Source: a virus. From it: a stretch of DNA of 64,000 nt. Location: positions 32,001-96,000 of the IMG/VR virus record IMGVR_UViG_3300047557_003310; one strand, 5' to 3'. The notes under the pieces were generated by a model. It was given only the letters and a program-made list of their open reading frames with translations. It ran no database searches and had not been told where the DNA came from. Position numbers and translations under genes: made by a program. Below are positions 1 to 10,236 of this stretch, one piece after another. The first letter of the stretch is position 1. The number at the start of each line of letters is the position of its first letter.

Positions 1-567
1 TCATTTTGTTTAAATGTAACATTATCCTCTAATAATTCATATTTGTCTCCGGTTTTATCGGCAATAGAAAGATCATCTGTGATATTAACTTCAAATAGAG
101 TAGATAACAAAATAAAAGATTTCACTACAGACGATAGAGTTGCATCCTTAACTGATGATCCATCATCATTTGTGTATGCGACGAAACCTATACTTTTAGA
201 AAATCCTGCTCAAACTTTAAAGGTCATTTTATCTGCATATGTCAATGTAAATAGTGACATAAGATTATTATACTCAGTTTCAAATGATACAAATTTAAAT
301 TTAAATTATTTCCCGTTTCCTGGATATTCAAATTTAAATAATGGAGTGACAATTGACGTATCGAAGAATGATGGCACACCAGATAAAAAGCCAATAAAAA
401 CAGATATATTAATTCAAGATGGGACCGAAACTCCTTTTGTTGATTATGAATTTACTGCTGAATCAATAGGACCGTTTAAATCATTTAGTATAAAAATAAT
501 TGGAACTTCAACTAATCAAACATATCCACCTAGAATAAGAGATCTTCGTATAATTGCAGTAGATTAA
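1..567 (+). CDS. C-terminal part of a large virion structural (VrlC-like/tail) protein, 5' truncated by the window
   Basis: Frame is open from base 1; ends ...YPPRIRDLRIIAVD, the type of C-terminus seen on the large structural gene upstream of gp13 in T4-like cyanophages. Confidence 0.6.
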   Translation, partial: SFCLNVTLSSNNSYLSPVLSAIERSSVILTSNRVDNKIKDFTTDDRVASLTDDPSSFVYATKPILLENPAQTLKVILSAYVNVNSDIRLLYSVSNDTNLNLNYFPFPGYSNLNNGVTIDVSKNDGTPDKKPIKTDILIQDGTETPFVDYEFTAESIGPFKSFSIKIIGTSTNQTYPPRIRDLRIIAVD

Positions 568-568
568 T

Positions 569-790
569 ATGTATTATAAAGTCAGGGGCAATTCCAACTT
601 AGTGAGAGATCCAAATACAAATGCCATATTGAATATAAATTCTACTGAATATGACAACTACAAAAAAATAAAGGAAAATAAAGATAAAGAGCAAAAAAAA
701 CTACATCAGTTAGAATCAGATGTCAATCAAATAAAAAGCGATATTGATCTCATAAAAAAATTATTACTGGAGATTAAAAATGAATCCTGA
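569..790 (+). CDS. hypothetical protein with C-terminal coiled coil
   Basis: ORF track; tightly packed; LVRDPNTNAILN motif followed by heptad pattern. Confidence 0.75.
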   Translation: MYYKVRGNSNLVRDPNTNAILNINSTEYDNYKKIKENKDKEQKKLHQLESDVNQIKSDIDLIKKLLLEIKNES

Positions 791-944
791 AAAAATTATA
801 TTAGAGGATTTCAATAAAATGTTTGAATACGAAAAAGTATCTAGAGATATAGATAGTATAGAAGATCTTGAAACTTTGAAAATCTTTGCTAAATCATACG
901 TTAAATTATATCTAAAACAACAAGAAATAGTATCTAAATTTTAA
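780..944 (+). CDS. 54-aa protein, possibly NblA-like helical hairpin (not in ORF track)
   Basis: Translated by hand: MNPEKIILEDFNKMFEYEKVSRDIDSIEDLETLKIFAKSYVKLYLKQQEIVSKF; fills the gap exactly up to the gp13 ATG. Confidence 0.7.
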   Translation: MNPEKIILEDFNKMFEYEKVSRDIDSIEDLETLKIFAKSYVKLYLKQQEIVSKF

Positions 945-945
945 A

Positions 946-1761
946 ATGGCACAACCATCTACTAGACAAGAATTAATTGATTATTGTTTGAGAAAATTGG
1001 GTGCACCAGTATTAGAAATTAATGTCGCACAGGAACAAGTTGAAGATTTAGTAGATGATGCAGTTCAATTTTTCCAAGAACGTCATTTTGATGGTGTATC
1101 TCCAGTGTTGTTAAAGTATGAGATAACTCAAGAAGATATAGACAGAGGCAGAGGAAAGTCTGGAGTAGGGATAACAACAGTAACAGGAAATAAGACGTAT
1201 GAATATGAAGAAACTGCAAATTACCTTCAGATACCTTCTTATGTGATTGGAGTAAATAAAATATTTCAATTTGAAGGATCAAATAGCATTTCCAGTGGAA
1301 TGTTTAGTATAAAATATCAATTATTTTTGAATGATATCTATTATTGGGGATCTACTGAACTTCTTACATATTCAATGGTAAAAACTTATCTTGAAGATTT
1401 AAATTGGTTATTAACTACACAAAAACAAGTAAGATTTAATAAAAGAGAAGATAAATTATATCTAGATATTGATTGGTCGAGTTTGACAGTTGGACAAACA
1501 ATAATAATTGATTGCTATAGAGCACTAAACCCAGCAGAATCCACTAAAGTATGGAATGATTCATTTTTAAAGCAATATTTGACCGCTTTAATTAAAAGAC
1601 AATGGGGACAAAATTTAATTAAATTTAGAGGAGTCAAATTGCCTGGTGGAATTGAATTAGATGGTAGACCAATATATGACGATGCGCAAAGAGAAATAGA
1701 TATATTAATGGAAAGAATGTCTAGTACATATGAACTTCCACCACTAGACATGATAGGATAA
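946..1761 (+). CDS. gp13: neck protein gp13
   Basis: YCLRKLGAPVLEINV and KRQWGQNLIKF..LPGG motifs; synteny. Confidence 0.95.
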   Translation: MAQPSTRQELIDYCLRKLGAPVLEINVAQEQVEDLVDDAVQFFQERHFDGVSPVLLKYEITQEDIDRGRGKSGVGITTVTGNKTYEYEETANYLQIPSYVIGVNKIFQFEGSNSISSGMFSIKYQLFLNDIYYWGSTELLTYSMVKTYLEDLNWLLTTQKQVRFNKREDKLYLDIDWSSLTVGQTIIIDCYRALNPAESTKVWNDSFLKQYLTALIKRQWGQNLIKFRGVKLPGGIELDGRPIYDDAQREIDILMERMSSTYELPPLDMIG

Positions 1762-1764
1762 TAT

Positions 1765-3138
1765 ATGTTAAATCCATTTTTTCTACAAGGCTCAAAAGCT
1801 GAGCAAGGTCTCATTCAAGATCTTATAAATGAACAATTAAAAATGTATGGAGTAGATGTTTATTATTTACCTAGAAAATATTTAACTAAAAATACTGTTA
1901 TTAAAGAAGTAATAGAGTCTGAATTTAATGGTGCGTATCCTATTGAAGCTTATGTTGATACTTATGATGGATATGAAGGGGCTGGAACATTATTAACTAA
2001 GTTTGGTGTTCAACCATATACTGATCTAACTTTAATAATATCAAAAGAACGCTATGAAAATTATATTTTACCTTTAATTCAAGATCAATCAAATATAGAA
2101 TTGGCAACTAGACCAAAAGAAGGAGATTTAATATATTTTCCACTTGGAGACAGATTATTTGAAATTAAATTTGTTGAACACGAAATTCCATTTTACCAAC
2201 TACAAAAAACATATGTTTACACGCTTAGATGCGAATTATTCCGATATGAAGATGAATTAATAAACACTGGAATATCTTTTATTGATGATAATGTAGAAAA
2301 CCAAGGGTATATTCAAACATTTGATATGGTTGGTACTGGAGTATCTGCGACTGCTATAGCATCAATAGTAAATGGTGGGGTTACATTTATACAAGTAACA
2401 AATAGAGGAGATGGATACAAAACAGCACCTCAGGTCAAAATAGCTCCTCCAATTTTAGGTCAAACTGCAATTGGTATTGCATCTATGATTGGTGGTATAG
2501 TAGATTTATGTGAACCAGATGCAACTTTATTGAGAGTCCAAGCAGTAGAAATATCAAATCCTGGATTTGGGTACACTAGTCCGCCTAGTGTTGGATTCTA
2601 CGGTGGTGGTGGTGATGGAGCAACAGCTGTTGCAACAATCGGTGATGGTATCGTTGGAGTGGTAACAATAACAAATGGTGGATCTGGATATTCGGATCCA
2701 CCAAATGTTCAGTTTATTGGTGCATGTACCGTACCAGCTCAAGCTAGAGCAATAATACAAGATGGAGTTGTGACAAGAATTGGAGTTACAACTTCCGGAA
2801 TTGGTTATATAGAACCACCATTGATACAAATTTCAAGTCCATATATGGTAGGTATTGGTACATATGTATACAATGAAACAGTGGTTGGTTCTATTAGTGG
2901 AAATACCGCTAGGGTGAAATCTTGGTCATCTTCTACCAATAAACTGGAGTTGTCAAATATAACTGGAGATTTTAAGCCAGGGGAAACATTAGTTGGAGCA
3001 GCATCTAGTGCAGCATATCAGATAAGAAAAATTACTGATGATAATGTATTTGATAAGTTTTCTGAAAACAAAGAAATTCAAATAGAATCAGAGCAAATTA
3101 TTGACTTTAGTGAATCAAATCCATTTGGTACACCTTAA
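1765..3138 (+). CDS. gp14: neck protein gp14 with inserted beta-rich repeats
   Basis: YGVDVYYLPR, RPKEGDLIYFPL and C-terminal DFSESNPFG. Confidence 0.93.
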   Translation: MLNPFFLQGSKAEQGLIQDLINEQLKMYGVDVYYLPRKYLTKNTVIKEVIESEFNGAYPIEAYVDTYDGYEGAGTLLTKFGVQPYTDLTLIISKERYENYILPLIQDQSNIELATRPKEGDLIYFPLGDRLFEIKFVEHEIPFYQLQKTYVYTLRCELFRYEDELINTGISFIDDNVENQGYIQTFDMVGTGVSATAIASIVNGGVTFIQVTNRGDGYKTAPQVKIAPPILGQTAIGIASMIGGIVDLCEPDATLLRVQAVEISNPGFGYTSPPSVGFYGGGGDGATAVATIGDGIVGVVTITNGGSGYSDPPNVQFIGACTVPAQARAIIQDGVVTRIGVTTSGIGYIEPPLIQISSPYMVGIGTYVYNETVVGSISGNTARVKSWSSSTNKLELSNITGDFKPGETLVGAASSAAYQIRKITDDNVFDKFSENKEIQIESEQIIDFSESNPFGTP

Positions 3139-3184
3139 TAAATATATAAATCGTTAAATAGTATATTATAAGGGTTTACTGACA

Positions 3185-4189
3185 ATGTTTGAATATTTTT
3201 ATCACGAAATCATAAGAAAAACTGTAGTTGCATTTGGTACACTTTTTAATGGAATAACAGTAAAGCATAAAAATAACAATGATGATGTCGTCTCAGTATT
3301 AAAAGTTCCTTTGGCATATTCGCCAACTCAAAAGTTTCTAGCTAGACTGGAACAAGTTCCAGATTTAAATAAACCAGTTCAAATTACATTACCTAGAATG
3401 TCATTTGAACTTATAGGAATGTCATATGACACTACAAGAAAATTAACAACAACTCAAACATTTTTAACAAAAGATGTAAATAACAATGAAATAAGAAAGG
3501 CATATATGCCTGTTCCATATAATTTAAATTTTGAATTGAGTATTTTTACAAAATTAAATGAAGATATGCTTCAAATTATTGAGCAAATTGTTCCATATTT
3601 TCAACCAAATTACAACTTAACTGTGGATTTAGTAAAAGAAATAGGAGAAAAAAGAGATGTTCAGATTGTTTTAGATAACATTTCGATGACAGATAATTAC
3701 GAAGGAGATTACACAGAAAGAAGAGCATTAATATATACCTTGAAATTTACTGCTAAAACTTTCCTATTTGGTCCAGTATCTTCCAATTCTGTATCTTCCG
3801 AAATTATCAAAAAGGTGTCTATTGGGTTTGCTGCTGGGGATTCATCTGGTTTGGCAAGAAGAGAAGTCGTATATAGTGTGGAACCTAAAGCGATTCAAAG
3901 TTATTCTGGAACTGTAACAACCACATTAACTAAAGACATAAGTAAAATTGATACATTAATTGAGGTTGCAAATTCAACGGGAATAACTGTTGGATCCTTC
4001 TTAGATATAAACAAAGAGGAAATTTATGTCGAATCTATTAGTGGAAATACATTGAGTGTAAGGAGAGGTCAGGATTCTACAGTAGTGTTGGATCACATTT
4101 CTGGCTCAGATGTTAAACTGATTACTTCTGCAGATGATTTACTAATAAAGCCTGGTGACGATTTTGGATTTTCCGGTTCTTTAGATTAA
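3185..4189 (+). CDS. gp15: tail sheath stabiliser/terminator gp15
   Basis: FYHEIIRKTVVAFGTLFN, LPRMSFE, QIIEQIVPYFQP. Confidence 0.95.
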   Translation: MFEYFYHEIIRKTVVAFGTLFNGITVKHKNNNDDVVSVLKVPLAYSPTQKFLARLEQVPDLNKPVQITLPRMSFELIGMSYDTTRKLTTTQTFLTKDVNNNEIRKAYMPVPYNLNFELSIFTKLNEDMLQIIEQIVPYFQPNYNLTVDLVKEIGEKRDVQIVLDNISMTDNYEGDYTERRALIYTLKFTAKTFLFGPVSSNSVSSEIIKKVSIGFAAGDSSGLARREVVYSVEPKAIQSYSGTVTTTLTKDISKIDTLIEVANSTGITVGSFLDINKEEIYVESISGNTLSVRRGQDSTVVLDHISGSDVKLITSADDLLIKPGDDFGFSGSLD

Positions 4190-4198
4190 GGAGTTATC

Positions 4199-4654
4199 AT
4201 GAGAATGACTAAAAAATTCGATAAATTAAATGAAGCATTTAATATCGAAAATGGACCTTCTGAAATTAAGGCAGAAGTAGTAGAAACCGCTATTGTAGAA
4301 TCTCCAGCTAAAAATATAAATTCTGCAATGGACGATATAAAAAAAGATTATGAATATACTCGTGGGAATTTATATTCTATTATAGAAAAAGGACAAGAAG
4401 CAATTAATAATGTCCTAGAATTGGCACAGGAGACTGATGCTCCTAGAGCATATGAAGTTGTTGGACAACTAATAAAAAATGTTTCTGATGCAACTGACAA
4501 ACTCATTGATCTTCAGAAAAAAATAAAAGATCTAGATGAAGTTAAGCAACAGAAAGGTCCAACAAATGTTACTAATGCTTTATTTGTTGGATCCACTGCA
4601 GAGTTGTCAAAAATGTTGAAAAGTCAGTTAAAAGACATCGACGAAGATAAATAA
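4199..4654 (+). CDS. gp16: terminase small subunit gp16
   Basis: DYEYTRGNL, PRAYEV, NNALFVGSTAEL-type motif. Confidence 0.95.
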   Translation: MRMTKKFDKLNEAFNIENGPSEIKAEVVETAIVESPAKNINSAMDDIKKDYEYTRGNLYSIIEKGQEAINNVLELAQETDAPRAYEVVGQLIKNVSDATDKLIDLQKKIKDLDEVKQQKGPTNVTNALFVGSTAELSKMLKSQLKDIDEDK

Positions 4655-4680
4655 AAATAAATGCTTAAACTGCAGTAGAA

Positions 4681-6279
4681 ATGAAAAAGATACAAGAAGA
4701 TCACAAAGAAATTGCTAGTGGCAAAAAGAAAGATGATGAAGGCTATATGGCAGGGATTGAATTGGATTCAATCGAAAGAGCTGTAAAGAATTTAAGAAAA
4801 GCAATCAAGAGTAGTGATACTCAATTACCTGCTTGGGTACAATCTAAAATTACCAGAGCAGCTGATTATATTGATACTGCAGCAGAATATCTTCAAAGTG
4901 ATGAACAATTAAATGAAATCTCATTTGAAGTCAACAGAGATACACATAAAAAAGAGACAAAAAAAACTAAAGCAACTGGCATAATAGATAAACCAGGAAC
5001 TCCTGGAGAAGAAGCAGCAGCAAAAAATATAGTAAGAAAAATGGGAGGAACTGGTGCTAAAGCAGTTCCTCAATATAATCTCTTGCCACCAAGAAATGAA
5101 GAGATTTCTTTAGTAGATAAAATATTATCTGAAATGGGTTGTGGATGCAATAAAACAAAAAAGGGAAAAAAGTGCCCTGAGCATGGATATAAAGATTGTT
5201 CATCCATGCACGAAGAAAAGGACCCAAAAGGTCCAGTTCAGGCATATAAGTCTCCTGAAGAAATTGCAAAAAAGCATGGGGTTTCATTAGATGAGATAAA
5301 TACCCAATTAAAGATGGGAATTAAAGTAGAAGGAGAACATACTTCAGACAAGACTGCTGCAAGAATTACTGCACTTCAACATTTAGATGAAGTACCAGAT
5401 TACTATACAAAGTTAAAAAAAGTAGAGACTCAAAAAGAAAGTAAGATAGTAAGAGACATGTTTGGTAATGCTTCTTATGAATTTATTGATCTGATTACTG
5501 CAGATCCATTAATCAAAGAAGCAAAAAAATCTAAGAGTGATCCTTGTTGGGATGGATACAAAAGAAAAAAGGGAACAAAAAAGTATGAAGAGGGATCATG
5601 TGTTGAAGTAGAAGAAAATGTATCCCCTCAAGTGTTAGAGGCACAAAAAAAACTAAATAACGCTCAAATTCAATTAGCTAATGCAAAAAAGAAGGAGCTA
5701 TCTAAAACTGGAACTTCTACTGAATTGTCAGAAACGACAATTCCTACTCAATATGGACACAACTTTTCTGTTACTTTAATGTGGAGAGCAAAATATTACA
5801 ATATTCAAATGTTCTTCCCACAAATAAGAATGCCTAATAGAAGAGAAATAACAGACGAAGCAAATAAAGTTTATCCAAATTGTAAAGTTATTACATATGC
5901 TCCAAGTAGAATACAACAAAATCTTCCTATAATCCAAGTACCAGATAAAAGATCAAAAAATTATCTTATGAATAACGGTACAATAGGAGAGGGGGTTGAA
6001 ATAGTAGAATCAAAAAAGTCTGAAATGGCTTGCAATAAGCCAAAGTCTGAACCACATGGATCAGGAGAAACTGGAAAATCACATGTGGTAAAGGCATGTG
6101 AAGATGGAGAAGAAAAATTGATTCGTTTTGGACAACTGGGAGTCAAAGGTTCTCCTAAGAAAAAAGGAGAGTCTAAACAATACGCAATGCGTCGTCATAT
6201 GTTCCAAACCAGACACGCCAAGAATATTGCTCAAGGAAAAATGTCTGCTGCTTATTGGGCAAATAAAGTTAAGTGGTAA
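4681..6279 (+). CDS. multi-module hypothetical protein, probably head-associated (contains a DUF5661-like module)
   Basis: Modules LPAWVQSKIT, MGIKVEGEHT..ALQHLDEVPDYYTKL, PCWDGY, SAAYWANKVKW; late-promoter-like ATAAATA upstream. Confidence 0.7.
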   Translation: MKKIQEDHKEIASGKKKDDEGYMAGIELDSIERAVKNLRKAIKSSDTQLPAWVQSKITRAADYIDTAAEYLQSDEQLNEISFEVNRDTHKKETKKTKATGIIDKPGTPGEEAAAKNIVRKMGGTGAKAVPQYNLLPPRNEEISLVDKILSEMGCGCNKTKKGKKCPEHGYKDCSSMHEEKDPKGPVQAYKSPEEIAKKHGVSLDEINTQLKMGIKVEGEHTSDKTAARITALQHLDEVPDYYTKLKKVETQKESKIVRDMFGNASYEFIDLITADPLIKEAKKSKSDPCWDGYKRKKGTKKYEEGSCVEVEENVSPQVLEAQKKLNNAQIQLANAKKKELSKTGTSTELSETTIPTQYGHNFSVTLMWRAKYYNIQMFFPQIRMPNRREITDEANKVYPNCKVITYAPSRIQQNLPIIQVPDKRSKNYLMNNGTIGEGVEIVESKKSEMACNKPKSEPHGSGETGKSHVVKACEDGEEKLIRFGQLGVKGSPKKKGESKQYAMRRHMFQTRHAKNIAQGKMSAAYWANKVKW

Positions 6280-6296
6280 ATTTATATTAATTTTTT

Positions 6297-7946
6297 ATGG
6301 CTGAAGAACATTATCTTGGTAATCCGCTCCTAAAAAAAGCAAATACCCAAATTGAATTTACAGAAGAACAAATCGTTGAATTTGCAAGATGTGCTCAAGA
6401 TCCAGTATATTTTGCTAACAATTATATACAAATTGTGACTCTTGATCATGGTTTACAACCGTTTGAAATGTATCCATTTCAGGAAAGGATGTTAAATTCT
6501 TTCCATAAAAATAGATTTAACATTTGTAAACTTCCTAGGCAGTCCGGTAAATCAACTACCGTAGTATCGTATCTTCTACATTATGCAATTTTTAATGACA
6601 ATGTAAATATTGCTATTCTTGCCAACAAGGCACAGACAGCAAGAGATCTACTTGGTCGTTTACAAACTGGATATGAAAATTTACCTAGATGGCTACAGCA
6701 AGGAATCTGTTCTTGGAATAAAGGTTCATTAGAACTGGAAAATGGTTCTAAAATATTTGCTGCCTCAACTTCAGCATCATCTGTCCGAGGTAGCACATAC
6801 AATATTATCTTCTTGGACGAATTTGCTTTCGTTCCAAATCAAGTTGCAGATTCTTTCTTTAGTTCAGTATATCCTACGATTACTTCTGGTAAATCATCAA
6901 AAGTTATTGTTGTTTCTACTCCTAAAGGACTTAATCACTTTTATAAATTATGGGATGATGCGAAGAAAACTAAGAATGAGTATGTCCCAATTGAAGTATT
7001 TTGGACTGATGTTCCAGGAAGAGACGAAGAATTTAAGAAAACAACAATTGCTAACACAAGCGAGAGTCAGTGGAGACAAGAATTTGAATGTGAATTCCTT
7101 GGCTCAGTTGATACACTAATATCTGGCGCAAAATTAGCAACTCTAGTTCAAGATAGACCGAAGACATCAAATGCTGGTCTTGATGTGTATGAAGATCCAA
7201 TAGAAGATCATCAATATGTAATTACTGTCGATGTAGCAAGAGGAGTTGAAATCGATTACTCAGCATTTATAGTATTTGATATAACTACTTTTCCATATAA
7301 AGTCGTGGCAAAGTATAGAAATAATGAAATAAAGCCTATGATGTTCCCATATGTCATAAAAGACGCCGGAAAGGCTTACAACAGCTCCTATGTGCTGTGT
7401 GAAGTGAATGATGTGGGGGATCAGGTAGCTGCTGCATTACATTACGATTTAGAGTATCCTAATGTATTGATGTGTTCTATGCGTGGTAGAGCTGGGCAGA
7501 TTGTTGGACAAGGTTTTTCTGGTAAGAAAACCCAGATGGGAGTCAAGATGTCAAAAACAGTCAAGAAAGTTGGCTGTTTAAATTTGAAGGCAATTATAGA
7601 AGAAGAAAAGTTATTAGTCAGTGACTATGATATTATATCAGAATTAACTACATTTGTCCAGAAATATAATTCATTTGAAGCTGAAGAAGGATGCAATGAT
7701 GACTTAGCCATGTGTCTTGTTATATTTGCATGGTTAATAGTACAAGACTATTTTAAAGAGATGACGGACAATGATGTCCGTAAAAAATTATACGAAGAAC
7801 AACAGAATCAACTAGAACAAGATATGGCACCTTTTGGATTCATAGTGGATGGTACAGAATCTGAAAATTTTGTTGATAATGAAGGAACGAGATGGTTTAC
7901 GGATGAATATGGAGATATGTCTTATATGTGGGAATACAATTTTTAA
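6297..7946 (+). CDS. gp17: terminase large subunit gp17
   Basis: Walker A PRQSGKS, Walker B IFLDEFAF, nuclease DVARG and DDLAM. Confidence 0.98.
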   Translation: MAEEHYLGNPLLKKANTQIEFTEEQIVEFARCAQDPVYFANNYIQIVTLDHGLQPFEMYPFQERMLNSFHKNRFNICKLPRQSGKSTTVVSYLLHYAIFNDNVNIAILANKAQTARDLLGRLQTGYENLPRWLQQGICSWNKGSLELENGSKIFAASTSASSVRGSTYNIIFLDEFAFVPNQVADSFFSSVYPTITSGKSSKVIVVSTPKGLNHFYKLWDDAKKTKNEYVPIEVFWTDVPGRDEEFKKTTIANTSESQWRQEFECEFLGSVDTLISGAKLATLVQDRPKTSNAGLDVYEDPIEDHQYVITVDVARGVEIDYSAFIVFDITTFPYKVVAKYRNNEIKPMMFPYVIKDAGKAYNSSYVLCEVNDVGDQVAAALHYDLEYPNVLMCSMRGRAGQIVGQGFSGKKTQMGVKMSKTVKKVGCLNLKAIIEEEKLLVSDYDIISELTTFVQKYNSFEAEEGCNDDLAMCLVIFAWLIVQDYFKEMTDNDVRKKLYEEQQNQLEQDMAPFGFIVDGTESENFVDNEGTRWFTDEYGDMSYMWEYNF

Positions 7947-8015
7947 TTCAATGTCATGTAAATAAAGTTTTTCATAAATATTTTTTAGAGAAACTGATTT
8001 TTTAGGGAGAAAAAT

Positions 8016-10199
8016 ATGGCGACTCCTCAATTATCTCCAGGCGTACTTGTCAGAGAGGTTGATTTAACTGTAGGAAGAGCTGACAATGTACTCGATAATA
8101 TTGGAGCAATTGCAGGGCCATTTGCAATAGGACCTGTTGATGATCCAGTTGATATTACTACAGAGCAAGAGTTAATTAATGTATTTGGTAAGCCAAGTTC
8201 AACAGATGCTCAATATGAATATTGGATGAGCGCATCTTCATTCTTGTCTTACGGTGGAGTTCTTAAAGTAGTAAGAACTTCAGGAAGCAATCTAGTAAAT
8301 GCAAATGCTGCGAGATTAGCAAGCGGTATTTCAACAGTTGGTGTACCTAGTCTGCTCATTAAAAACTTTGACGAGTATGAATCACTGTATTCTACAACAG
8401 ACAATGTGGAGTTTGTTTTTGCCGCAAAAACACCAGGAACATGGTCAAACAATCTTAAAGTTTGCGTAATTGATGATAAAGCAGACCAAATTCTCAAAGT
8501 GGGTTCAGCAGTTACAACGGCTCAAGTTGGATATGCTGTAACTACAAATTTAAGTAATATTACTGTTGCTGGCGTTGGCTCTACTTCTCAATTCACAGGT
8601 TATTTGAAGTCTATTATAACTGGAATAAACACAATAAGTCAAACTGTAGATGTAAAAATTACATCAATAGTATCAAATGGTGGGGTTGAAACTCCAGTAG
8701 ACTATGCAGAGAAAAACCAGTTAAGGTCATTCTTACTTGGAAATACAGTAGCAATTAGCAGTACTTCTTCTAGTGGTTTAGGTTCAACTACTCTTTCTGG
8801 CGCAGATGCGATTTTAGATTGGTATGACCAACAAACTTTAGGACTAACAAATAGCACAATCTATTGGAGTTCTTTGGCACCAAAGCCAACAACAAACCAA
8901 TATGTTGCTGAAAGAAAAGGAAGAAATGATGCAATTCATATTGCAATAGTGGACGATACTGGTAGTGTAACCGGAATTCAAGGTAACTTAGTAGAAAAGC
9001 ATTTATTCTTATCTAAGGCAACTGATACAATTTCTGCAGTAAATTCACCCCAAAAGCTCTGGTGGAAGGAATATCTTGCTCAAAATTCAAACTATGTTTA
9101 TGTTGGAGATAATCCTTCAGATGGCGATAACAATGAAACTACATATCAAACAGGATTTTCTAGCGGCTTTGTTGGATTAACTACAGCAAGAGGACAATGG
9201 AATTCTCCTGCTCAAGATAAAGTTTACGGCGCTATTGGTAATGTAACTTATACATTATCTGGAGGGAAGGATTATGGTCAAAATAATGGAATGGCAGCCA
9301 CTTTAGGCGATTTATCAACTTCATATAGACTTTTCTCCAATAAAGATGAAGTTGCTGTTGATTATTTGATAATGGGACCAGGTTTACTTGATAAGTCATT
9401 ATCACAAGCAAAAGCCCAAGAATTGATTTCAATTGCTTCAGCTAGAAAAGATTGTATTGCAGTAATTTCTCCACATAGAGAAGATGTTGTCAATAGAACA
9501 AATACTGAAGATCAAACAAATGAAATTATAGAGTTCTTTAGTCCTCTATCTTCTTCTTCTTATGCTGTATTTGATACTGGTTACAAGTACACATATGATA
9601 GATTCAACAATAAATTCCGTTGGATTCCATGTAACCCAGACATTGCTGGATTGATGGTTAGAACTTCTTTAAATTCTTATCCATGGTATTCACCAGCTGG
9701 ACAACAGAGAGGAGTTCTTAATAATGCAATTAAATTAGCATACAATCCCTCTAAAGCACAAAGAGATAGACTATATCCAATTAGAGTAAATTCCATTGTA
9801 AATCAACCTGGAATTGGCATAATTCTATTTGGTGATAAAACTGCTCTTGGTTATGCTTCTGCATTTGATCGAATTAATGTTCGTAGATTGTTCTTGACTG
9901 TCGAACAAGCACTAGAAAGAACTGCTCAAGCTCAGTTGTTTGAATTGAATGATTCTTTAACTCGTGCAAACTTTGTGAATATTGTGGAACCATATTTACG
10001 AGATGTACAAGCAAAAAGAGGAGTATATGATTTCAGAGTAATATGTGATGAGACTAATAACACTCCTGATGTAATTGACAACAATGAATTTAGAGCTGAT
10101 ATTTTCTTAAAACCAACCAAGTCAATTAATTATGTCACACTTACATTTGTGGCTACTCGAACTGGAGTTAGCTTCGAAGAAGTTACTGGTAGGGTTTAA
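8016..10199 (+). CDS. gp18: tail sheath protein gp18
   Basis: LSPGVLVREVDLT start; PWYSPAG; FDRINVRRLF. Confidence 0.98.
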   Translation: MATPQLSPGVLVREVDLTVGRADNVLDNIGAIAGPFAIGPVDDPVDITTEQELINVFGKPSSTDAQYEYWMSASSFLSYGGVLKVVRTSGSNLVNANAARLASGISTVGVPSLLIKNFDEYESLYSTTDNVEFVFAAKTPGTWSNNLKVCVIDDKADQILKVGSAVTTAQVGYAVTTNLSNITVAGVGSTSQFTGYLKSIITGINTISQTVDVKITSIVSNGGVETPVDYAEKNQLRSFLLGNTVAISSTSSSGLGSTTLSGADAILDWYDQQTLGLTNSTIYWSSLAPKPTTNQYVAERKGRNDAIHIAIVDDTGSVTGIQGNLVEKHLFLSKATDTISAVNSPQKLWWKEYLAQNSNYVYVGDNPSDGDNNETTYQTGFSSGFVGLTTARGQWNSPAQDKVYGAIGNVTYTLSGGKDYGQNNGMAATLGDLSTSYRLFSNKDEVAVDYLIMGPGLLDKSLSQAKAQELISIASARKDCIAVISPHREDVVNRTNTEDQTNEIIEFFSPLSSSSYAVFDTGYKYTYDRFNNKFRWIPCNPDIAGLMVRTSLNSYPWYSPAGQQRGVLNNAIKLAYNPSKAQRDRLYPIRVNSIVNQPGIGIILFGDKTALGYASAFDRINVRRLFLTVEQALERTAQAQLFELNDSLTRANFVNIVEPYLRDVQAKRGVYDFRVICDETNNTPDVIDNNEFRADIFLKPTKSINYVTLTFVATRTGVSFEEVTGRV

Positions 10200-10236
10200 T
10201 TTAGATATAAATTAATTACAAAAGGAGGAATTAAAA

